Source: a virus
Strand: one strand, 5' to 3'
Length of the DNA: 64,000 nucleotides
IMG/VR virus record: IMGVR_UViG_3300005613_000051
Coordinates: 4,771 to 68,770 of that record
Of the stretch, positions 30,323 to 38,974 are shown in pieces. The notes under the pieces are model-generated. The model was not told where the DNA came from, made no database searches, and saw nothing but the letters and a program-made list of their open reading frames with translations. Every line of letters starts with the position of its first letter. The first letter of the stretch is position 1. The translations under genes were made by a program, and so were the position numbers.

Positions 30323-33300
30323 ATGTTCCTATAATTTACCCTTATGATAGTTTATTAGCTTGGGATGATTCTTTACAAATTATCCTTTCTGGTTCTGCAG
30401 ATACTAGCACTGTATCTGTTAGTGCTGTAGAGAATGGAATACCCACTGTAGCTTATTATAATCCAATTACATTTGAATGGAGTTATACAACAAGTATCAC
30501 GGGATATGCTAATAACTTTGTAATTATTTCTGAAGATATTTTAGGTAATACTGCATCAGCAAATGCATATATTGCTGTTGATAGTCCACTTATTATTGAC
30601 ACTGCATCTAGCTATACTCGATTAAATCCTTCTTTACAAGGGCGTACTAGCGAAATAACTTTGAGTCTTGAAGCTAGTTCTGATGGTATAACTTATTCAC
30701 CTTCAGGTTTTATACACGATCCTTATACAAATAATTTTATCTATAATAATTTTAATTTTAATAGCCCTACTCAAACATATTACTTTATAGGTAGGGATTT
30801 AAGTGGAGGAACAAGTGTTCCTAAACCTATAACATTAAATTATTTAATGCATGATCCTATTATTTATACAGAAATATCTGATCCTTATGATTCAAGAACA
30901 GTTTCTATAGCAGGAAGTGCTGATTATGATATTTCTGGATTTACTTATAGTCCTACAGGAGGACAATTTACTAGTAGAAATATAGAAACTTCTGGAGGAT
31001 ATACTGAGTGGGATTATAGATTTGTAATGATGGAACCTTCTGAAGAATTCAGTATAAAAACTGTGGATGTCTTTGGAAATGAAAGTTCAGAACAAAAATT
31101 ACAAATAAATTATGGTGTAGAAAAACCAATTATTCTACTCCCAGGAAATATCAAAGCTATTTCTGATGATACTGCTATCACAGGAAGTACTGACGAATAT
31201 TTTGTAACTTTAAATGGTGATTTTAAAGCTGATGGTATAATTCTTAGTGACATGGTTCTTGCTACTACAGGTAAGAATATTGGTGAATATCGAGAAATTG
31301 TCCAAGTAGAAGATAAATATATAGTCACAGATCCTTTTCCCTATCCTTGGGACTTAGAAGATAAAATAAAGATATATCCAAAAGAAGATAGACCTGTGAT
31401 GTTTACTGATCAGGATAAAATATCTATATCTGGTAAATGTAATAAAAATATTGCTAAAGTAAGATATACTACAGAAGAACTGAAACCCGTTAAAGTCTAT
31501 GCTAAAAATATACAAGGTTATTCAGTCAATCTAACTAATAATAATCTTGTTATTAATGTAAATGGAAAACTAGAACTGATAGTTTTACCCTCTGGGATTC
31601 TCACTGCTCAAGAAGTAGCTGCTCAAATAAATAATGCTTTTAGCTCCACTTTTGATTATGATGTAGCTTTTTCTGATGGTGAAAGATTTTATTTAGAAGC
31701 ATTACATATTCAGATTTATCCTAGCACTGCTAATTCCACTATTGGATTAGTTGAGGGAGAAGTAAATTATTCTCTTGAGATAGATGTTCCTGATACTATT
31801 ACTTTTTTAAATAGTGCGGTAGGTGGTGCGGACTGTTCAGAAGAAGTTGTTGAGAGTGGTCTTCTCTTCTGCATGAATTTAGATGGTATTTTTGTTAGAT
31901 TCACACTGAATACTAATGTTGAATACACTAAAGACTGGATAATAGAAAAGATAAACTTTTTAGCAGGAAAAGAAGTATCTACTAATATAGGTCCAAAGAT
32001 TGTATTTAATGTTGCTAAGAATCTTTGGGTAGGGGATCCTTTAGAGGATTTAAATCTTAGTGAACAATTAAATGGTGATGCTAATTTTAATAATGATTTA
32101 AATTTAAGTACGGATATAAGTAGAGATCCAGACAGTATTGATAGTGGTATTGCTGATGACATCATAGGATATGATGGCAATGACGGGGTTGGAGCAGGCG
32201 ATTGGAACATAAATCTTAGTATTGTACAGCCTTCAAATGATATTAAAATTTATGGATTAAGCGAATTTTACGAACTTTCTCCCCCAGTATCTTTGAATGT
32301 TGAGTATCAAATACCTCCACCACAAATAAACGATTATCCAAGTATTGTATCAAATAATTTTATAGATCTTAGTGGTACTTTTAATGGTAGTGCTGGGGAT
32401 GTTTTAATTAATGATGTTTCTGCGGATTTAGCTAGCAACGGTCAATGGGTACACCAAGTTCCAGATTTAGATTTAGGAAATAATAACTTAAGTATTATTG
32501 CTAAAGATCGATTTGGTAGAAATTCGGGTCCTTTAGAAATAAAGATCACATATAGAGATGATAGCGATGTACCCTTTCCAAGTCAAGATGGCAGTATTCC
32601 ACTTGAATGGCAATCTATAAGTACTCCTTCTTTTGGTCCTGATACTGTTAAGAAAGTAGCAGATTTTATTGATTCTGTTTTTGAACCAATCATAGGTGTA
32701 CTTGATTTTGTTAGTGGTCTTTTGGATATTGCTAAAGCATTTATAGTAGATAATATTTTAGGTCCTATTAATGCATTAAGAGCTGCTATACAAGCTATTA
32801 TAGATAATATCACTGAGCTTCTTGATAGGTTAGTCAATGGAGCAGGATTATATACCCTATCTACATTGCCTAAATACTCTGATATTTTACCAGCTTTATT
32901 ACGAGATGGTTTAAGTTTTATTAAAGGTGATTTTTTTGATTTTTTCAATAAAATCGAAGCTAGTTTTGATGATCCTTTAGATGCTAATCGACCCCAATTG
33001 AGTTCTGATTCTATTGTGGGGGGAGCAATTTTAGCAATAGGAGATTTTGCTGGTATTGACGATTTTATGAAAGCATTTAAATCTCTTTGTGAACTCTATA
33101 ATAAACAAACCATGGATTATGGTTTAGAACCTGTTAATAATTTAAAAGCTGAAGGACAAAATAGACGAAATATTTTAACTTGGACTGCACCAGATGGAGG
33201 ATCCAATATCTTTCCATATGATTATGTCATTCTAAGATCTGAAGTTTCTGGTGGGGTTGTAAAAACACAACAAGTAAAATCTCAGATAGATGAACAAGAT

Positions 33301-34806
33301 CAAAATTATCGCTATTTTGAAGAAATATACTATGATCCTTCTACTGGAGAATCAGAAGGTGAATATGAAATAATCGGTAAAATAACAAATTACCGAGTTA
33401 TGAAAGAGTTTAAGTTTATTGATGGATCTCCAACACAATCTGAACTTGAAAATGAAGAAGGGGTTGACAAATATGTAAATGGAGCTTTAGATTTTTTTAA
33501 AGCTGTAGAAGAATTTGTTCTTGTTCGAACAGAATCAACCAATATTCCAATAGAAAATGGAAAAACTTATTATTATAAGGTTGTTCCAACAACTAATTTA
33601 AATAGCTTGACTTGGGAAGATTTTAAATTAGCTACTCGGGGTAATAGTATAGAAGTAGTAGCTACCGCAGCATTTACACACTTAGAAGAAAGAACAGAGT
33701 ATTTAGATGATCAAATAACTAAAACTAAACTAGGTTATTATAAATTAAGTGGTAGTATCTATGATAAAGATACAGGTCTTTTTGCTGATAATGTGTCTTC
33801 TTTAAAAGTTACGGTAGACGGAGCTAGAACAGCTCCTGCTAAGATATACTCAGAAAAGGGTTTAATTATATTGAATAGTCCTCCCAACAATTCTTTGGAA
33901 GTTACTTACTGGGGTAAAAAAATACAATCTACCACAAGAGCTTCTATAGTTAGTTTGCATCAAGGACCCTTCACATTTAAAGATACTAATAATATTCTAG
34001 GTATTCAGGTGGGTAGAGGAGCAACTGTAACGGAAACTTTTGGACTTGACCCAATTACTAGAACACAAAACGTAACCTTAACTCGATTTAAAGAAGGTGA
34101 AACAGAAATAACTATGTCAGCTACTGACGTAGCAAGTGTTATTAGATCTCAAACTGGAGGTTTAAAAGTTTTTGTTGATCATCTTAATAGAGTTGTTTTA
34201 GAAGAAGATCAAAACCCGGATCCTTATGTAGGATCCTATCTAGAAATAAAAATCACTAACAGTGTATTAGGTTTTATATCCGTTGAAGATTTACCCCTCT
34301 ATGGTTTACCTCCTAAAGTAACCTATAGTTTTAATGGTCAAGGAGAGGAACCTGATTATTCTCATACTAAATCTGAAGCAGGACCCTTGGGCGGGGTACC
34401 TCCAGATTGGAAGAGTTTAAGAATTTCTGATTTATTTCCTGAAATTAATGATGTTCTAAGATATATCAATGAAACTTTTAATAAGTTATCTAAAGGTTTA
34501 GAATCTGCTACAGATTCTTTAATTAAATTTATAGATCTATTACAAGCTAAGATTAATGCCCTTTCTGATATGCTAAAAGAAGCTCAAGAACTTTTAAAAA
34601 GAATGGCTAATATCCTAACACTCCAAGGAGGATTCTATTATTTGAGTATACCCCCTAATAGTGGTGGGGTGGAATATTTTAAAGAAGCAGTTAGAACATC
34701 TATAGGATATCCTCCAGATTCAGAATATACAGGTGGAATAGTCTTTTTGTATACCGATGGGGGGACAGCAACAGCGTTGGATTGGATATTAAGTTCTATT
34801 GGATGA
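30319..34806 (+). CDS. large virion protein with Ig/FN3-like domains and amphipathic helical regions
   Basis: Repeated 'D..GN.S' Ig-like ends, an FN3-like segment 'PVNNLKAEG...LTW.AP...YYYKV', and helical segments. Confidence 0.65.
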   Translation: MNVPIIYPYDSLLAWDDSLQIILSGSADTSTVSVSAVENGIPTVAYYNPITFEWSYTTSITGYANNFVIISEDILGNTASANAYIAVDSPLIIDTASSYTRLNPSLQGRTSEITLSLEASSDGITYSPSGFIHDPYTNNFIYNNFNFNSPTQTYYFIGRDLSGGTSVPKPITLNYLMHDPIIYTEISDPYDSRTVSIAGSADYDISGFTYSPTGGQFTSRNIETSGGYTEWDYRFVMMEPSEEFSIKTVDVFGNESSEQKLQINYGVEKPIILLPGNIKAISDDTAITGSTDEYFVTLNGDFKADGIILSDMVLATTGKNIGEYREIVQVEDKYIVTDPFPYPWDLEDKIKIYPKEDRPVMFTDQDKISISGKCNKNIAKVRYTTEELKPVKVYAKNIQGYSVNLTNNNLVINVNGKLELIVLPSGILTAQEVAAQINNAFSSTFDYDVAFSDGERFYLEALHIQIYPSTANSTIGLVEGEVNYSLEIDVPDTITFLNSAVGGADCSEEVVESGLLFCMNLDGIFVRFTLNTNVEYTKDWIIEKINFLAGKEVSTNIGPKIVFNVAKNLWVGDPLEDLNLSEQLNGDANFNNDLNLSTDISRDPDSIDSGIADDIIGYDGNDGVGAGDWNINLSIVQPSNDIKIYGLSEFYELSPPVSLNVEYQIPPPQINDYPSIVSNNFIDLSGTFNGSAGDVLINDVSADLASNGQWVHQVPDLDLGNNNLSIIAKDRFGRNSGPLEIKITYRDDSDVPFPSQDGSIPLEWQSISTPSFGPDTVKKVADFIDSVFEPIIGVLDFVSGLLDIAKAFIVDNILGPINALRAAIQAIIDNITELLDRLVNGAGLYTLSTLPKYSDILPALLRDGLSFIKGDFFDFFNKIEASFDDPLDANRPQLSSDSIVGGAILAIGDFAGIDDFMKAFKSLCELYNKQTMDYGLEPVNNLKAEGQNRRNILTWTAPDGGSNIFPYDYVILRSEVSGGVVKTQQVKSQIDEQDQNYRYFEEIYYDPSTGESEGEYEIIGKITNYRVMKEFKFIDGSPTQSELENEEGVDKYVNGALDFFKAVEEFVLVRTESTNIPIENGKTYYYKVVPTTNLNSLTWEDFKLATRGNSIEVVATAAFTHLEERTEYLDDQITKTKLGYYKLSGSIYDKDTGLFADNVSSLKVTVDGARTAPAKIYSEKGLIILNSPPNNSLEVTYWGKKIQSTTRASIVSLHQGPFTFKDTNNILGIQVGRGATVTETFGLDPITRTQNVTLTRFKEGETEITMSATDVASVIRSQTGGLKVFVDHLNRVVLEEDQNPDPYVGSYLEIKITNSVLGFISVEDLPLYGLPPKVTYSFNGQGEEPDYSHTKSEAGPLGGVPPDWKSLRISDLFPEINDVLRYINETFNKLSKGLESATDSLIKFIDLLQAKINALSDMLKEAQELLKRMANILTLQGGFYYLSIPPNSGGVEYFKEAVRTSIGYPPDSEYTGGIVFLYTDGGTATALDWILSSIG

Positions 34807-34818
34807 TAAGGAATATTT

Positions 34819-35607
34819 ATGGCTTTTGATTTTTTAGGAACAATACCCTCTTTTGAACATTTTGAAGAATTAGAAGAATTTATACAAATTGAGGCAATTA
34901 ATCTTGAAAACCGCATTAATCATCTTGTTGAAGAAAATAAAAGATATATTGAATTATTGGATAAATTTCTACAAGCAGATACTCAATTAAGAGCAGAATA
35001 TAAGAAATCTTATCGACCTGATCGACTTTGGTTATTACGACCTAGAACAAGACCTACAAAGCGGGTAAACACAATTGATGCTCTTAATGCTATTGATGTG
35101 GATACTCTTAAAAAAACATTTTTAGATACAATTAAATCAAAAAGAGAAAATAATGAATTTAAAATTAAAAGATTAAGAGATTTATCTGATCAGATTCAAA
35201 AAGAGATAGAATTTTTAACTGAAATGAAGGATACTTATGAGTCTTACTTAAATAGAGTAAGAGTTAGATTTGATTTAGACGACTTTCCTGAAAATCAAAG
35301 AAATAAAGAGCAAGATCAAGCTGAAATTCAAGAAAATATGACTGCAGTCCCTGTAGATAAAGGAATAATAACTGAAAATGGAGTGAAATATTATCTGATT
35401 ACTAGTATTAACCCCCAATTTGGCACAATATCCTTTGATGGTCAGACTCCCCCAATAAAAGAAGGAGATGTGATTGTTCTTTCTGGGGGTAAAAATAATG
35501 GTAATAAAACAATTATGTCTATAAGATCTAGCCGTTCTGTTGTAGTACACGAATCCTTAGTTGAAGAGACTAATTCTAAATCTAGAGCAAATATTTTGAA
35601 TAATTAA
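34819..35607 (+). CDS. hypothetical baseplate-region protein
   Basis: Coiled-coil N-terminal half; operon position. Confidence 0.6.
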   Translation: MAFDFLGTIPSFEHFEELEEFIQIEAINLENRINHLVEENKRYIELLDKFLQADTQLRAEYKKSYRPDRLWLLRPRTRPTKRVNTIDALNAIDVDTLKKTFLDTIKSKRENNEFKIKRLRDLSDQIQKEIEFLTEMKDTYESYLNRVRVRFDLDDFPENQRNKEQDQAEIQENMTAVPVDKGIITENGVKYYLITSINPQFGTISFDGQTPPIKEGDVIVLSGGKNNGNKTIMSIRSSRSVVVHESLVEETNSKSRANILNN

Positions 35608-35649
35608 GTAATTTTTGTGTCTTTAGTAACTTACTAGAAGGATACATTT

Positions 35650-36426
35650 ATGTCGATAGATTCTAAAATAGAAAGTATTTGTGATCATTTAATCCATGAA
35701 GAACAATTAGAAATAGATAGTGATTTAAAAACTTTAAGGATTCCAAGGACTTTAGCATCTATCAAGGTTACTTTATATGTAAATGGCTATAAAATAGAGT
35801 CAGATCATGAAAAATTTGGATGGTCAATTCAAAACGATGAAAATGCTATATATACAAAAAGATCAAAATTAGTTTTTAAACATAAACGAAAATCAGAAGA
35901 TGATTTTTATACAGTGAGTTATTCTGCAGTACCTGAATTTTGTCCCAAGTGTCAAGGATTGAGAATACATAATGATGAAGCTTATACAACTCTTGGTAAA
36001 ATTCGTACAGTTAGAAATGAAGATAAATTATTGCAAGAAGTAAAAAAAGGATTAGCTACACATTTGGGTTCTAATCCTTTTCATATCTGGATAGGTACTC
36101 AAATACATACTCTGATTGGAACTAAAATTTATAATGTTGATTTAATTAGAGCTAGAATAATAGAAGAAATTTCTCGATATTTGGAGAAATACATAGATAT
36201 TCAACTTCAACAAGGAAATTATCAAGAAGTAACTTCTAGGGAAGCGTTTGGTCAAATATTATCTATTGATGTAGTACCCCAAGAAGATATTGATATCTCT
36301 TACTGGATAATTTCTATTATTTTTAATAACAGAACTGGAGCAGATATGCTCTATGAGAAAAAAATAGATATTCCTGGACCTAAAAATATTCTATATGGGT
36401 CACAACAACCTAATATTAATTATTAA
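35650..36426 (+). CDS. gp25-like baseplate wedge protein
   Basis: C-terminal KLLQ...L.T..GSNPFH.WIGT....IG.K motif typical of gp25/GPW, preceded by CPKC. Confidence 0.6.
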   Translation: MSIDSKIESICDHLIHEEQLEIDSDLKTLRIPRTLASIKVTLYVNGYKIESDHEKFGWSIQNDENAIYTKRSKLVFKHKRKSEDDFYTVSYSAVPEFCPKCQGLRIHNDEAYTTLGKIRTVRNEDKLLQEVKKGLATHLGSNPFHIWIGTQIHTLIGTKIYNVDLIRARIIEEISRYLEKYIDIQLQQGNYQEVTSREAFGQILSIDVVPQEDIDISYWIISIIFNNRTGADMLYEKKIDIPGPKNILYGSQQPNINY

Positions 36427-36479
36427 GTTTTTTGAAACGTGAAATACGTAGAAGAATCTATATAATTTCATATATAATC

Positions 36480-36506
36480 TTGATCTTTTCTTATATAGTC
36501 TATAAT
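36480..36506 (+). promoter_or_regulatory. sigma70-like promoter for the dUTPase cassette
   Basis: TTGATC-N15-TATAAT (or N17-TAATAT). Confidence 0.4.
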
Positions 36507-36547
36507 ATCTAGACATTAACTTGTATAAGCTATATAGGAGAATACCA

Positions 36548-36973
36548 ATGTTTGAAATTGAAAAAATTCACGATGATGCTATACCCCCAAAAAGATCAAA
36601 TCCTAGTGATTCTGGATTAGATTTAATTAGTGTAGAAAATCTAACCCTTAATCCAGAAGAAGTAAAACTAGTACCTACTGGTTGGAAAATGTCGGTTCCA
36701 AAGGGATATGAAATTCAAATAAGACCTAGATCCGGATTAGCTTACAAAAATAAGATTATGGTACTTAATTCTCCAGGAACTGTGGATGCCTCCTACCGGG
36801 GTGAAGTAAAAGTTATCCTATATAATGAAGGCAAAGAACCTTTTGAAATTAAAAAAGGGGATCGTATTGCTCAGATGGTAATTAACAAAGTAGAATTATG
36901 GGAACCTGTTTTAACTGAAAAGCTTTCGGACACAGTTCGAGGTGATGGTGGTTTTGGATCTACAGGGATCTAA
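36548..36973 (+). CDS. dut: trimeric dUTPase
   Basis: SGLDL, QIRPRSGLA, NSPGTVDASYRGE, GDRIAQ, RGDGGFGSTG. AGGAG RBS before the ATG at 36548. Confidence 0.97.
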   Translation: MFEIEKIHDDAIPPKRSNPSDSGLDLISVENLTLNPEEVKLVPTGWKMSVPKGYEIQIRPRSGLAYKNKIMVLNSPGTVDASYRGEVKVILYNEGKEPFEIKKGDRIAQMVINKVELWEPVLTEKLSDTVRGDGGFGSTGI

Positions 36974-37017
36974 TGTGGGAAAACTTGATAAATGATTTTT
37001 TTAATTAGGAGATAAGG

Positions 37018-37587
37018 ATGCCTTTTACTTTTGAGAAATTAAGTTTAGAAGAAGTAATTTTAGTCACCCCAAAAGTATTTGGAGATGACAGAGGTTTCTT
37101 TTTAGAAACATATAAAACCAGTGATTTTTATGCTGGTGGAATAAAAGAAATTTTTACTCAGGATAATCATTCTTATTCTTCTTCTTCTTTTTCAACAAAA
37201 AAAGTATTGAGGGGAATTCATTTTCAGAATCATCCTAAACCCCAGGGTAAATTAGTAAGATGTATTCAGGGAACTATTTATGATGTTGCTGTAGATTTAA
37301 GACCCAATTCTAACTCATTTATGAAATGGGTAGGAGTAGAGCTTAATAGTAAAAATCATCAAATGTTGTATATTCCACCAGGATTTGGACATGGTTTTTC
37401 TACATTAAGTTATGAAGCTGAGATAGTATATAAATGTACTAATGAATATGATTTTCATTTAGATAGTGGAATTACTTGGGATGACCCTGACTTAGGAATT
37501 GATTGGAAAATTAAGGATCCTCTTATTTCTGAAAAAGATGCTAAACTTCCTACACTAAAGGAGTACTTAAATGGAAATAACAATTGA
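37018..37587 (+). CDS. rmlC: dTDP-4-dehydrorhamnose 3,5-epimerase
   Basis: FGDDRGFFLE, QDNHS, VLRGIHFQ, QGKLVRC, DVAVDLR, PPGFGHGF, YKC, SEKD. Confidence 0.95.
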   Translation: MPFTFEKLSLEEVILVTPKVFGDDRGFFLETYKTSDFYAGGIKEIFTQDNHSYSSSSFSTKKVLRGIHFQNHPKPQGKLVRCIQGTIYDVAVDLRPNSNSFMKWVGVELNSKNHQMLYIPPGFGHGFSTLSYEAEIVYKCTNEYDFHLDSGITWDDPDLGIDWKIKDPLISEKDAKLPTLKEYLNGNNN

Positions 37588-38074
37588 AATTACTCAATTC
37601 TGTGAACATGACTGTTTTTACTGTTCCTCTAAAGCTTCTCCACAGGGAAAACATTTAGATATTAAATATATTGAAACATGGTTACGGGAATTAAAAGAAG
37701 ACCCCGATATAATAAACATTTCAGGAGGAGAGCCTCTATCTCATCCTAATTTTTATCAAATTTTAAATCTTTGTAAAAAATATACTAAAGATGTGAGAGT
37801 ATATACTAATGCTTTGAGTTATATTATATATAATACTGATATTGTTCAGGAAATAAAACTTGAAGCGAATGTATGCTTAACCCCAGGAAATAGATATATC
37901 CCATCTAATGCTGATAATGTTCGCCTATTAAAATTGGTACCTAAAGGAAGAGGCAAAGATATTAAACCTGTAAATATCACTTTTTCTGGTAAGGATTGTA
38001 AAGATTGTAATCATTCTGTCTTACAAGCAGATGGTAAAACAGTTAAAGCTCCTTGTAAAAAGAGTTATGATTAA
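37571..38074 (+). CDS. short radical SAM protein
   Basis: CEHDCFYC (CxxxCxxC), SGGEP and YTN motifs, with extra C-terminal Cys. Confidence 0.85.
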   Translation: MEITIEITQFCEHDCFYCSSKASPQGKHLDIKYIETWLRELKEDPDIINISGGEPLSHPNFYQILNLCKKYTKDVRVYTNALSYIIYNTDIVQEIKLEANVCLTPGNRYIPSNADNVRLLKLVPKGRGKDIKPVNITFSGKDCKDCNHSVLQADGKTVKAPCKKSYD

Positions 38075-38525
38075 AAAAGTTATACCCGTAATTGATTATT
38101 CCGTCAGGGGTTTATGTGCTAAGAGTTATCCTAATCATCCAAAGGGATGCCCTAACTTTAATAAACGCAAGGAATGCCCACCTAAAGCTAAATTGATTGA
38201 CCAAATTTTAGATTTAGAAAAACCCATATATTGCATCGTAAATAAGTTTGATTTTAAAAAACATACAGATAAAATGAGAAACAGACATCCTGAATGGTCA
38301 GAGCGTCAAATAGAATGTTGCTTATATTGGCAAGGAACCGCTAGAAAACAACTCCGTGAAAAAATAAAAATTTTTTCAATAGAAAAACCAGAATATAAGA
38401 TATTGACTTGTCCAGAGGCATGTGGGGTAAATGTTACTGCAACAGTAAAAAAATTGGGTATAGTACTTGAATGGTCTCCCAAAAAATGGGTCTATCAGGT
38501 AGCTTTAGCTGGAATAGAGCTTTAA
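38067..38525 (+). CDS. Cys-rich metal-binding protein (DUF2284-like)
   Basis: LC...GCPNF...ECPP and PEACGVNV..T motifs. The likely start at ATG 38067 overlaps the previous gene. Confidence 0.6.
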   Translation: MIKKVIPVIDYSVRGLCAKSYPNHPKGCPNFNKRKECPPKAKLIDQILDLEKPIYCIVNKFDFKKHTDKMRNRHPEWSERQIECCLYWQGTARKQLREKIKIFSIEKPEYKILTCPEACGVNVTATVKKLGIVLEWSPKKWVYQVALAGIEL

Positions 38526-38950
38526 CTTAGATAAGCTAAAATCTCAAAAGTTTTATCCTTAACAACATCTGTTACCTTTTTTTCATGAAGCAAATGCCAG
38601 GAAAAAGCTATTAAACTATTCTTTATTTCTACTGGGGAATAAGGATCTTTATGTTTTTTTCTAGCAATATGAAGTTCTATTCTTCCTTTATCTTCTCTAA
38701 ATTTATCTGAACTGGTAACTTCATCTAATTCCAAACCATTATCAGCTAAAATTTCATTAATTTTACTAATACCCTGATCTATTTTTTTAAAACGACCATT
38801 TCCGTCTAAACCAGCTTTTTTAAACTCTTCATTTATTTTTTTTCTTTCTTTGGGTTTTATTTTATCAGGCTTATGATCCTCGGTAATAAAGTCTATAGAT
38901 TTTAATCCAAGTTTAGTCATGGTTTTAGCTATGATTTTTGATCTTTTCAT
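38522..38950 (-). CDS. hypothetical protein
   Basis: 142 aa basic ORF with AGGT RBS. Confidence 0.7.
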   Translation of the reverse strand: MKRSKIIAKTMTKLGLKSIDFITEDHKPDKIKPKERKKINEEFKKAGLDGNGRFKKIDQGISKINEILADNGLELDEVTSSDKFREDKGRIELHIARKKHKDPYSPVEIKNSLIAFSWHLLHEKKVTDVVKDKTFEILAYLS

Positions 38951-38974
38951 TAGTTTACCTATTGATATTTATAT

